From positions 13,809 to 77,808 of the forward strand of contig QHSR01000260.1 of the NCBI GenBank assembly GCA_003221635.1: DNA of 64,000 bases, given 5' to 3'. Numbering within the stretch: the first letter of the stretch is position 1; every line of letters begins with the position of its first letter. Both the position numbers and the translations under genes were made by a program. The stretch is from Candidatus Rokuibacteriota bacterium (GTDB lineage Bacteria > Methylomirabilota > Methylomirabilia > Rokubacteriales > CSP1-6). The notes under the pieces are model-generated. The model had not been told where the DNA came from. It did no database searches and saw nothing but the letters and a program-made list of their open reading frames with translations. Below are positions 38,598 through 49,739 of this stretch, one piece after another.

Positions 38598-40767
38598 TTG
38601 ACGGGGGCCGAGCCGAAGGTCACGCTCGACCTGGCCCTGGACGCAGGCCTCACGGCCGAAGAATACGATCGGATCCTCTCCCAACTCCGGCGCGAGCCCA
38701 CGTACGCCGAGCTGGGCCTCTTCTCCGCGCTCTGGTCCGAGCACTGCGCCTACAAGCACTCGCGGGTGTTTCTCGCGCGGCTGCCGCAGAGCGGTCCACA
38801 CGTTCTTCAGGGCCCCGGCGAGAATGCCGGCGCGATCGATATCGGCGACGGCTGGGCGGTCGTCTTCAAGATCGAGAGCCACAATCACCCCTCGTTCATC
38901 GAGCCCTTCCAGGGGGCGGCGACGGGTGTCGGCGGGATCCTCCGCGACATCTTCACGATGGGGGCGCGCCCCATCGCGATCCTCGACTCGCTTCGCTTCG
39001 GCGATCTCGACCATCCCAGGACGCGGGAGCTCGTCAATCGCGTCGTCTCGGGGATCAGCTGGTACGGCAACTGCTTCGGATGCCCGACGGTCGGCGGCGA
39101 GATCGCGTTCGCGCCCGAGTACGCGGGCAACCCGCTCGTCAACGTGATGTGCGTCGGGCTCGTGCGAGCGGACCAGATCTTCCGCGCGCGCGCGGAAGCA
39201 CGGCGCGACCATGGCCTCCGCGACCTTCGACGAGCACGCCGAAGAGCGGCGTCCGACCGTGCAGGTGGGAGACCCGTTCACCGAGAAGCTCCTGCTCGAG
39301 GCATGCCTCGAGGTGATGCGCACCGGCGCGGTCGTCGGGATCCAGGACATGGGCGCCGCGGGGCTCGCGTGCTGCACCTCCGAGATGCCGGCGCGCAGCG
39401 GTACCGGGATGGACGTCGAGCTCTCCCGCGTTCCCCAGCGCGAGACGGGGATGACGCCGTACGAGATCCTCCTCTCCGAGTCGCAGGAGCGAATGCTGCT
39501 CGTTGCGGCGCGTGGGCGCGAGGACGAGGTTCGCCGTGTCTTCGCCAAGTGGGAGCTCGATGCGGTCGAGATCGGCCGGGTGACCGAGGACGGCGAGCTG
39601 ACGGCACGGCTCAACGGCGAGGTCGTCGCGAGGATACCGGTGGACCTGCTCGCCGACGCGCCGAAGTACCGGAAGCCGGCGACCGAGCCCCCGGAGCTCG
39701 CCGAGCGGCGGACGTTCGATCCGCTGTCCTTGCCCGAGCCGGACGACTACGGCGCCGCGTTGATCGACCTGCTCGGGTCTCCGACGGTCGCCTCCAAGGA
39801 GTGGGCCTTTCGACAGTACGATCAGCAGGTCGGCATCAACACGCTGATCCTCCCGGGCTCCGACGCCGCCGTGCTGCGCGTCAAGGGCACGCGGCGCGCG
39901 CTCGCGGTCTCCACCGACGGCAACGGCCGACAGGTCTTTCTCGACCCGCGGCAGGGCGCGGCCCTGGCGGTCTGCGAGGCGGCCCGAAACGTCTCCTGCT
40001 CGGGTGGTGAGCCCCGCGGCGTGACCGACTGCATGAACTTCGGCTCGCCCGAACGGCCTGAGATCCTCTGGCAGTTCTCGGAGGCGATCGAGGGCATCTC
40101 GCTCGCGTGTCGCGCGCTCGAGCTGCCCGTGGTCGGGGGCAACGTTTCCTTCTACAATGAGACCAGCGGGCAGGCGATCCTGCCGACCCCGATCATCGGT
40201 GTGGTGGGAGTCCTGGACGACGCGAGCCACCGCGCGACCCAGTGGTTCAAGGGTCCCGGCCACCGCGTGGCGCTCCTGGGGCCGGAGCGCGTGAGTCTCG
40301 GGGGGAGCGAATACCTCTGGACGCGGCACCGGCGACTGGCCGGGCGGCTGGCGCCGCTGGACCTCGAGACGGAGCGTCGCGTGCAGCGGGCGGTGCGGGC
40401 GGCGGTGAGCGCCGGGCTGGTCGCGGCGGCGCATGATTGCTCCGAGGGCGGCGTCGCGGTGGCTCTCGCCGAGGGGTGCGTCACGGGGCGTGAGCTGGTC
40501 GGCTGCGAGGCGACGCTGTCGGCCGCCGGCCGCGCCGACCTGGTGCTCTTCGGTGAAGGGCCGTCCCGCGTCGTGGTCGCCGTCGAGGCCGCGCGCACGC
40601 GGGAGTTCGAAGCGCTGATGGCCGAATCGGCGATCCCGTGGCGCTGGATCGGAGCGACGGGCGGCGAGCGGCTGGTGATCCGTGTCGGGACGAACACCGT
40701 CGTCGACGTTCGCGCCGGCCAGCTGGAGCACGCATGGAGGAGCGGGTTTGAACGTCGCATGGCGTGA
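38598..40767 (+). pseudogene. purL: purL (FGAM synthase II) with the frame broken near 39193-39199
   Basis: Frame 0 from 38598 gives ..[35 protein letters not shown]. Frame 1 then gives (K)[27 protein letters not shown].. through to TGA 40767. The conserved G.GN..VGA.TGRDGI stretch between them is missing. 2170 nt is not a multiple of 3. Confidence 0.9.
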
Positions 40768-42160
40768 CGATCGATTCCACGACGAGTGCGGGCTGTTCGG
40801 CATCTGGAACCATCCGGAAGCCGGGAACGTCACGTACCTCGGGCTCTACGCCCTCCAGCATCGCGGGCAGGAGTCGGCGGGCATCGCGACCACCGACGGC
40901 ACCAGCTTCCACACCGAGAAGCACATGGGGTGGGTGGCCGACGTGTTCAGCCCCGAACGGCTGAGACGCCTGTCCGGCCACCGCGCCATCGGGCACGTGC
41001 GCTACTCGACCGCCGGAAGCTCGAACCTCCGGAACGCCCAGCCGATCACGGCGACCACCGCGCGCGGCCCGATTGCCATCGCCCACAACGGGAATCTCAC
41101 CAACGCCGAGACGCTGCGCCGGCAGATGGAGCGCGATGGCGCGATCTTCCAGTCGAACTCCGACACCGAGGTGATCCTGCATCTCCTGGCGCGAGCTCCG
41201 GCCGGGCCGCTCGAGGCGCAGATCGCCCACGCCCTGTCGCAGGTCAAGGGCGCGTACTCGCTCCTCATCCTCACGCTCGACGCGATGTACGCGATTCGCG
41301 ACCCGTACGGCTTTCGCCCGCTGACCATCGGACGCCTCGGCGACGCGCAGGTGGTCGCCTCGGAGACGTGCGCGCTCGACCTCATGGAGGCGAAATGGGA
41401 GCGCGACATCGAGCCGGGCGAGCTGCTGATCGTCTCGGACGCCGGCACCCGGTCGGTTCGTCCGTTCCCAGCCGGCGAGCGGCTCCAGTGCGTCTTCGAG
41501 TACGTCTACTTCGCGCGGCCGGACTCGATCCTGTGGGGTCGCAACGTCCACACGGTGCGCAAGGCGATGGGGCGGCAGCTCGCACGCGAGTACCCGGTGG
41601 AGGCGGACATCGTCATCCCCGTGCCGGACTCCGGCACGAGCGCCGCGCTCGGATACTCGGAGGAAGCGGGGACGCCCTACGAGATGGGGTTGATCCGGAA
41701 CCACTACGTGGGCCGGACGTTCATCGAGCCCAAGCAGGGCATCCGCCACTTCGGGGTCAAGGTGAAGCTCAACCCGATGCGCGAGATGCTGGTCGACCGG
41801 CGGGTCGTGGTGGTCGACGACTCGATCGTGCGGGGAACGACCAGCCGCAAGATCGTGAAGATGATCCAGAACTCCGGCGCGCGCGAAGTCCACGTCCGCA
41901 TCTCGTCGCCGCCGATCCAGTGGCCGTGCTACTACGGCATCGACACGCCGACGCGGAAGGAGCTGATCGGCTCGAGCCACAGCCCGGAAGAGATCCGCCG
42001 TTACCTCGGCGCCGACTCCCTCGGGTACCTCTCGCTCGACGGCATGCTGAAGGCGACCGGCTCCGATCCGGGCCAGTTCTGTCACGCTTGCTTCACCGGA
42101 AGCTACCGTGTCGGCATGGAGCCCGAGCCGACGCCGCAGCTCCGGCTCTTCGACGGCTGA
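40748..42160 (+). CDS. purF: amidophosphoribosyltransferase (start uncertain: TTG 40748 or GTG 40682)
   Basis: Ntn active site ECGLFGIW. PRPP motif VVVVDDSIVRGTT. Confidence 0.92.
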   Translation: MNVAWRDDRFHDECGLFGIWNHPEAGNVTYLGLYALQHRGQESAGIATTDGTSFHTEKHMGWVADVFSPERLRRLSGHRAIGHVRYSTAGSSNLRNAQPITATTARGPIAIAHNGNLTNAETLRRQMERDGAIFQSNSDTEVILHLLARAPAGPLEAQIAHALSQVKGAYSLLILTLDAMYAIRDPYGFRPLTIGRLGDAQVVASETCALDLMEAKWERDIEPGELLIVSDAGTRSVRPFPAGERLQCVFEYVYFARPDSILWGRNVHTVRKAMGRQLAREYPVEADIVIPVPDSGTSAALGYSEEAGTPYEMGLIRNHYVGRTFIEPKQGIRHFGVKVKLNPMREMLVDRRVVVVDDSIVRGTTSRKIVKMIQNSGAREVHVRISSPPIQWPCYYGIDTPTRKELIGSSHSPEEIRRYLGADSLGYLSLDGMLKATGSDPGQFCHACFTGSYRVGMEPEPTPQLRLFDG

Positions 42161-42161
42161 C

Positions 42162-43193
42162 GTGAAACCGCTCACCTACCGCGAGGCCGGCGTCGACATC
42201 GACGCGGGCGAGGACGCGGTGCGTCGTATCTTGCCGCTGGCGCGCGCGACGAACCGCGCCGAGGTGATCGGCGGGGTCGGGAGCTTTGCAAGCTTCGTCA
42301 GCGTGCCAGCGCGGTATCGCGAGCCCGTCCTGGTCTCGTCCACCGACGGGGTCGGAACGAAGCTCAAGGTCGCCTTCCTGGCCGGTCGACACGACACCGT
42401 GGGCATCGACCTCGTCGCGATGGGGGTGAACGACATCCTCGTCCACGGAGCCGAACCCCTCTACTTCCTCGACTACATCGCCGTCGGCCGGCTCGATCCG
42501 GGCCAGATCGAGGCCATCGTCGGCGGTATCGCCGCGGGCTGCCGGCAGGCGGGATGCGCCCTGGTCGGCGGCGAGATGGCGGAGCATCCCGGCTCGCACA
42601 CCTCCGGCGAGTACGACCTGGCAGGCTTCGCCGTAGGGGTCGTGGAGCGCGCGCGCCTGATCGACGGCTCCGCCGTCCGTCATGGCGACGTCCTGCTCGG
42701 CCTGGCCTCCTCGGGCCTGCACTCGAACGGCTTCACCCTCGTGCGACGGATCGTGTTCGACGTCATGGGGCTCGGTGTCTCCGACGCGCTGCCCGGAACG
42801 GGCCGAAGCGTGGCGGACGAGCTCCTCGAACCGACGCGGATTTACGTGCGCTCGATTCAGAAGCTACTGGAAGCGGTCGAGGTGAGGGCGATGGCGCATG
42901 TGACCGGAGGGGGCCTCACCGGCAACATCCCGCGGGTGCTCCCGCAGGGATGCCGCGCCCGCATTTTCAAGAGCTCCTGGCCGATACCACCCGTGTTCAA
43001 GACGCTTCGCGAGGCTGGCAGGGTGGAAGACGCCGAGATGTTCAGGACCTTCAACATGGGGGTCGGTTATGTCGTGATCGTTCCGTCGACGGCGGCGGAC
43101 ATGGCGGCGCGCCTCCTGCGCGAATCGGGCGAGAAGGTCGCCCGCCTGGGTGAGGTCGTCGCCGGCGAGCGGGGCGTGGAGCTGGTGGCGTGA
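42162..43193 (+). CDS. purM: phosphoribosylformylglycinamidine cyclo-ligase
   Basis: GTG 42162. YREAGVDIDAG, SSTDGVGTKL and DLVAMGVNDI. Confidence 0.93.
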   Translation: MKPLTYREAGVDIDAGEDAVRRILPLARATNRAEVIGGVGSFASFVSVPARYREPVLVSSTDGVGTKLKVAFLAGRHDTVGIDLVAMGVNDILVHGAEPLYFLDYIAVGRLDPGQIEAIVGGIAAGCRQAGCALVGGEMAEHPGSHTSGEYDLAGFAVGVVERARLIDGSAVRHGDVLLGLASSGLHSNGFTLVRRIVFDVMGLGVSDALPGTGRSVADELLEPTRIYVRSIQKLLEAVEVRAMAHVTGGGLTGNIPRVLPQGCRARIFKSSWPIPPVFKTLREAGRVEDAEMFRTFNMGVGYVVIVPSTAADMAARLLRESGEKVARLGEVVAGERGVELVA

Positions 43194-43809
43194 CGCCGGC
43201 GGGCGGCCGCCTCCGGGTGGGCGTCCTGGTCTCGGGGCGTGGCTCCAACCTCCAGGCGCTGCTCGACGCCTCCTCGCGGCGCGACTACCCGGCGGAGGTG
43301 GTCGTCGTGATCTCGGACAGAGAACGAGCCGCGGCGCTGGACCGCGCGCGGGCGGCGGGGGTCGAGGCGCTGTTCATCAACCCCAAGGACTACGCCGACC
43401 GGGAAGCCTTCGACCTGGCGCTCGTCCGGGAGTTCACGGTTCGGCAGGTTGGTCTCGTCTGCAACGCCGGGTTCATGCGGATCCTCTCGCCGGCGTACGT
43501 CCGCGCGTTCGCCGGGCGAGCCATGAACATCCATCCGTCGCTCCTGCCGGCGTTCCCGGGTCTTCACGCGCAGCGCCAGGCGCTCGAATACGGCGCGAAG
43601 GTCGCCGGGGCGACGGTCCACTTCGTCGACGAGGGCCCGGTGGACACCGGGCCGATAATCTTACAGGCGAGCGTGCCCGTGCATCCGGACGATACGGAGG
43701 ACTCGTTGTCCGCGCGTATCCTCGTCCAGGAGCATCGACTGTATCCGGAGGCCGTTCGCCTCTTCGCCGAAGGACGTCTCGCCGTCGTGGGACGGAGGGT
43801 GATCGTGCG

Positions 43810-43813
<4 letters not shown>
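43190..43813 (+). CDS. purN: phosphoribosylglycinamide formyltransferase
   Basis: 207 aa. VLVSGRGSNLQAL, NIHPSLLP and GATVHFVDEGPVDTGPI. Confidence 0.92.
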
Positions 43814-45404
<1,591 letters not shown>

Positions 45405-45416
45405 CTGAGGCTTCCC

Positions 45417-46310
45417 ATGAGCCAGCCCGAGCGGATTTACGGGTTCCGGGAGCTCACACGGATCCTGACGCTGACGCCGCGGCGCGCCGGCCAGCTCCGC
45501 CGGCTGGAGCTCCTGCGGGGAGATTCCGGCTACACGTTCCGTGACCTCCTGGCGCTGCGCGCGGCAAGCGCGCTGCTCGACGCCGGCGCGTCGGTGCGTC
45601 AGATCCGGGAGGCGCTGACCGCGCTGCGCCGACAGGACCCTGGCCTCGAGCATCCGCTGGCCGAGTTGCGGCTGATCGTGGAGGGAGATCGGCTGCTGGC
45701 CCAGTCCGATCGCGTTCGGTTCGATCCACGAACGGGGCAGATGGTGCTGGCGCTCGACTCTGGCGGTCTCGAAGCGGCGGCGACCGCCACGCTGTCCACG
45801 GGCCTGGTGCGCCCGCTCGCGCCACCGGCCGACCAGGCCGAGACATGGTTCGAGCGTGCCAGCGAATGGGACGGCGACCCGGCCCAATGGGAGGATGCCA
45901 TCGGCGCCTACCGCCGGGTCGTCGCGATCGACCCCACATACGCGGCCGCCTGGAACAATCTCGGTCTGCTGCTGCATCGCATGGGCCGCTACGACGAGGC
46001 GCAGACGGCCTATGCTTCGGCGATCGAGCAGGATCCCCGTTGCTGCGAGGCCGCTTACAACCTCGGCTCGCTCCACGAGGACCGCGGCGCCGTCGAAGAG
46101 GCGATCACCGACTATCGCCGAGCGCTCGAGCTCTCGCCCGACTACGCCGACGCCCACTTCAACCTCGCCGGCGCGCTGGCGCGCAACGGACGCGATGGTG
46201 AAGCCATCAAGCACTGGCAGCGCTATCTTGAGCTGGATTCCGGCAGCCCCTGGGCGCGCATCGCCCGAGCCCATCTGGAAATCGTCGAACCCCCGGAGGC
46301 GCCTGGATGA
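45417..46310 (+). CDS. MerR-like HTH domain fused to TPR repeats (putative regulator)
   Basis: 297 aa. N-terminal YGFRELTRILTLTPRRAGQLRRLELL..GYTFRDLLALR resembles a MerR HTH. C-terminal AAWNNLGLLL../AAYNLGSLHE../AHFNLAGALA.. are TPR units. Confidence 0.7.
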   Translation: MSQPERIYGFRELTRILTLTPRRAGQLRRLELLRGDSGYTFRDLLALRAASALLDAGASVRQIREALTALRRQDPGLEHPLAELRLIVEGDRLLAQSDRVRFDPRTGQMVLALDSGGLEAAATATLSTGLVRPLAPPADQAETWFERASEWDGDPAQWEDAIGAYRRVVAIDPTYAAAWNNLGLLLHRMGRYDEAQTAYASAIEQDPRCCEAAYNLGSLHEDRGAVEEAITDYRRALELSPDYADAHFNLAGALARNGRDGEAIKHWQRYLELDSGSPWARIARAHLEIVEPPEAPG

Positions 46311-46346
46311 GACGCGCCCGATACAACGCAGCCACGCCGCGGACCC

Positions 46347-46562
46347 GGGGAGATCGGCCGTGCGGGGCCGGATCGCACTTATGACCAAATCGGGCATGCG
46401 GAGCCAGGTCGAACTCACGACCAAATCAGGCGTGCGGTGCCGGGTCGCGCTCACGACCAGATCGGGCGTGCGGGGCCGGGTCGCCCCTGCGACCAAATCG
46501 GGCGTGCGGAGCCGGGTCGCGCCTGCGACTAGATCGGGCATGCGGAGCCGGGTCGCGCCTAT
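46347..46562 (+). repeat. six head-to-tail copies of a 36-nt unit (consensus about GACCAAATCGGGCGTGCGGAGCCGGGTCGCGCCTGC)
   Basis: Units at 46347 (degenerate), 46383, 46419, 46455, 46491 and 46527. No spacers. Read directly. Confidence 0.9.
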
Positions 46563-46607
46563 CTCAGGCCACCCTCGGTCCAAGCCTGCCTCAAGGACCC
46601 CGCTAAA

Positions 46608-47897
46608 ATGAAAGTCCTGATCATAGGGGGCGGGGGTCGGGAGCACGCGCTGGCCTGGAAGATCGCCCAGAGCCCGCTGGTCGACGCGGTGTTCGCGGCC
46701 CCGGGCAATCCCGGGATCGCGCGCCACGCCGCGTGCGTCGACATCAGGGCGGACGCGCCTGACGACCTCGTCGCCTTCGCCCGACGCGAGCGAATCGACC
46801 TCACCGTGATCGGCCCGGAAGTGCCCCTCGTCGCCGGGCTCGCCGACCGGCTGGCCGCCGCGGGCTTGATCATCTTCGGGCCGAGCGCCCGGGCGGCGGC
46901 GATCGAGGGGTCGAAGGTGTTCGCGAAAGACCTGATGCTCCGCCATGGCATCCCGACGGCGCGGTTCTCGTCCTTCGACGAGCCCCGCCGGGCCCGCCGA
47001 TATTGCCGCGACGTGGGAGCGCCACTCGTGGTCAAGGCCGACGGGCTTGCCGCCGGCAAAGGCGCCATCGTCTGCCGCACGCTCGAGGAAGCCGATGCGG
47101 CGGTCGCCGAATGCATGGAACATCGAGCGTTTGGCCCCTCGGGGGCTCGGGTGGTCGTGGAGGAGTTCATGGTCGGGCAGGAGGTGTCCTTCTTCGCCCT
47201 CGCGAACGGGGACGACGCGCTGCCGCTCGCGGCCGCCGAGGATCACAAGGCCGTCTTCGATGGCGATCGCGGCCCCAATACCGGGGGCATGGGATGCTAC
47301 TCGCCGGTGGCCGTCTTCGACGACGCGCTCGAGAAGCGGGTCATGGAAACGATCGTGCGGCCGACCCTCACCGCGCTCGCCCGTGAGGGCGCGCCCTACC
47401 GGGGCGTCCTCTACGCGGGCCTCATGCTGACGGTAGAGGGACCCAGGGTCGTCGAGTTCAACTGCCGCTTCGGCGACCCCGAGTGTCAGGCACTCGTCGT
47501 TCGGGCGCCGGGCGATGTGGTCCCGTTGCTCCTCGCGGCCGCGCGTGGCGAAGCCTGGCCGCCAGCACACCCGTGGCCGCAGGTGGCCTCGGTCTGCGTG
47601 TGCGTCGCCTCTGGCGGCTATCCGGGCCAGTACGCGACCGGACTCCCGATTCGCGGTATCGAGGCGGCCGAATCGAGGCCCGGCGTACACGTGTTCCACG
47701 CGGGAACCGCGACGCGCGAGGGCCGGCTGGTGACCGCGGGCGGCCGGGTCCTTGGCGTGACCGCCGTTACCGAGAACCTCGAGGGCGCGATCGCGACGGC
47801 CTACGCCGCGGTGAGGGAGATCTCCTTCGAGGGCATGCACTATCGTACGGATATCGGACGTAGGGGGGAGCGGTCCGCGGCGCCGCCGCGGCGGTGA
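46608..47897 (+). CDS. purD: phosphoribosylamine--glycine ligase
   Basis: 429 aa. MKVLIIGGGGREHALAWK and an ATP-grasp core. Confidence 0.93.
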   Translation: MKVLIIGGGGREHALAWKIAQSPLVDAVFAAPGNPGIARHAACVDIRADAPDDLVAFARRERIDLTVIGPEVPLVAGLADRLAAAGLIIFGPSARAAAIEGSKVFAKDLMLRHGIPTARFSSFDEPRRARRYCRDVGAPLVVKADGLAAGKGAIVCRTLEEADAAVAECMEHRAFGPSGARVVVEEFMVGQEVSFFALANGDDALPLAAAEDHKAVFDGDRGPNTGGMGCYSPVAVFDDALEKRVMETIVRPTLTALAREGAPYRGVLYAGLMLTVEGPRVVEFNCRFGDPECQALVVRAPGDVVPLLLAAARGEAWPPAHPWPQVASVCVCVASGGYPGQYATGLPIRGIEAAESRPGVHVFHAGTATREGRLVTAGGRVLGVTAVTENLEGAIATAYAAVREISFEGMHYRTDIGRRGERSAAPPRR

Positions 47898-47964
47898 GAC
47901 GAGTGGTGCCGTGGCTCGGCCGGGCCGTGCGAGCCGAAGCCCGGCCGGCGCGCCGGGCCAGCCT

Positions 47965-48513
47965 ATGGAGGAGACAACCGTGACGGGACCTGTGCGCGTG
48001 GGTATCGTGCTCGGGAGCGACTCGGACCTCGAGGTCATGCTCGAAGCGGTGAAGGTTCTCGATACGCTCGAGGTGGGTAGCGAGGTCGTCGTCACCTCCG
48101 CCCACCGCACGCCCGAGCGCACGCACGAATACGCCACGACGGCGCACGCGCGGGGCATCGGCGTGTTGATCGCCGGGGCGGGCGGGGCCGCCGCTCTTCC
48201 GGGCGTCCTCGCCTCCTTCTCGCCCCTGCCGGTCATCGGCGTTCCGGTGGCCGCGACGCCGCTCGGCGGCCTCGACGCGCTGCTCTCGATCGCGCAGATG
48301 CCGAAGGGCGTCCCAGTGGCCACCGTGGCGATCGGTAAGTGGGGCGCGGCCAACGCGGGAATGCTCGCGGCGCAGATCCTGGCGCTCGGTGACGCGGCGC
48401 TGGCGGCTCGCCTCGCCGCGTATCGCAAGCGGCTGGCCGACGAGGTGGACGAGCGTGCGAGCCGCGTGGCCGCCCAGATGAAATCGGGCGGGCCGCCAAA
48501 GTCGGGGACGTGA
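47965..48513 (+). CDS. purE: 5-(carboxyamino)imidazole ribonucleotide mutase (start ATG 47965 preferred over 47911)
   Basis: VGIVLGSDSDL, SAHRTPER and IAGAGGAAALPGV..PVIGVPV. Confidence 0.9.
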   Translation: MEETTVTGPVRVGIVLGSDSDLEVMLEAVKVLDTLEVGSEVVVTSAHRTPERTHEYATTAHARGIGVLIAGAGGAAALPGVLASFSPLPVIGVPVAATPLGGLDALLSIAQMPKGVPVATVAIGKWGAANAGMLAAQILALGDAALAARLAAYRKRLADEVDERASRVAAQMKSGGPPKSGT

Positions 48514-49145
48514 GGCACGTCGGGCGTGCGCGTGTCATTGCGGTCGATCCCGGGGCGCCAACCCGAGCCGCGCTGCGCGCCGCGGCCGACATCCTCCGGG
48601 CCGGCGGCGTGGTGGCATTTCCGACGGAGACCTTTTACGGCCTGGCCGTGGCCGCGCTCGATCCCGCGTCCGTCAAGCGCCTCTTCGCGCTGAAGGGGCG
48701 GCCCGAGTCGAAGCCGCTCCTCGTCCTCGTCGATTCGGTCACGATGGCTGAGACCGTGGCGCACGTGAGCCAGGCGGCGCTGGCCCTGATGGCGCGCTAC
48801 TGGCCGGGCGCTTTGACGCTCGTGCTCTCCGCGCGCCCCCACGTGCCGGCGGACGTGACGGCAGGGACGGGGACGCTCGGGCTTCGCGTCTCGCCCCACC
48901 CGGTCGCGCGCGGTCTGGTGGAAGCGCTCGGCGAGCCGGCGACCGCACCGAGCGCGAACCCGACCGGCCTCGAGCCGCCGACAACGGCCGAGGGCGTGCT
49001 GGCCTACTTCTCCGACGGGATCGACCTCGTGCTCGACGGAGGTCCGACACCGGGCGGCGAGCCTTCGACGGTCCTCGACGTGACCGTCGACCCGCCGAGG
49101 ATCATCCGTCAGGGCGCCGTCCGGTTGCCGACACCGACAGAATGA
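48510..49145 (+). CDS. tsaC: L-threonylcarbamoyladenylate synthase (YrdC/Sua5 family)
   Basis: GTG 48510 overlaps the purE stop. GGVVAFPTETFYGLAV, LKGRPESKPL and PSANPTG. Confidence 0.85.
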   Translation: MRHVGRARVIAVDPGAPTRAALRAAADILRAGGVVAFPTETFYGLAVAALDPASVKRLFALKGRPESKPLLVLVDSVTMAETVAHVSQAALALMARYWPGALTLVLSARPHVPADVTAGTGTLGLRVSPHPVARGLVEALGEPATAPSANPTGLEPPTTAEGVLAYFSDGIDLVLDGGPTPGGEPSTVLDVTVDPPRIIRQGAVRLPTPTE

Positions 49146-49738
49146 GAGTCACAGGGGTCATCCAGGCCGGCGGCAAGAGCACGAGGATGGGGGGCCGCCC
49201 GAAAGCGCTCATCGAGCTGGGTGGCCGGCGCATCGTCGAGCGCGTCGTCGCGGCGCTCGCGCCCGCGGTCGACGACGTCCTGATCGTGACCAACACCCCG
49301 GAGCTCTACGCCTTTCTCGGGCTGCCCACCGTCGCGGACGTCTATCCGGACCATGGCTCGCTCGGCGGGATCTACTCGGGCCTCAAGGCCGTCGCCGGGG
49401 AGGTGGCGTTCACGGTCGCGTGCGACATGCCGTTCCTCCACCCCGAGGTCGTCAGGCTCGTCGTCGCGCGCGCGGCCCAGGGCGACGTCGTCATTCCTCG
49501 TGTCGGCCGCCAGCTCGAGACCCTGCACGCCGCGTATGGAAAGGCGTGCCTCCCGCACATCGAGGAACGACTACTCGCCGGGGAGCTCAAGATCGTGGGG
49601 TTCTTCGACCGTGTGCGCGTCATCGAGATCGACGAGGCCGACGTCGCGCGGTTCCGTGACCCGACGGTCGCCTTCATGAACGTGAACACCCCGGACGAGC
49701 TCGAGCGCGCCCGGTCCCTCGTGGCCGAGCTTCGCTGA
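49142..49738 (+). CDS. mobA: molybdenum cofactor guanylyltransferase
   Basis: 198 aa. GVIQAGGKSTRMGG.PKAL N-terminal nucleotide-binding motif and VACDMPF. Confidence 0.8.
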   Translation: MRVTGVIQAGGKSTRMGGRPKALIELGGRRIVERVVAALAPAVDDVLIVTNTPELYAFLGLPTVADVYPDHGSLGGIYSGLKAVAGEVAFTVACDMPFLHPEVVRLVVARAAQGDVVIPRVGRQLETLHAAYGKACLPHIEERLLAGELKIVGFFDRVRVIEIDEADVARFRDPTVAFMNVNTPDELERARSLVAELR

Positions 49739-49739
49739 G

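Noticed and set aside
46347-46562. 36-nt repeat array considered as a CRISPR locus
   Set aside because: The repeats are directly abutting with no unique spacers, and no cas genes or leader are nearby. It is a tandem repeat, not a CRISPR array.
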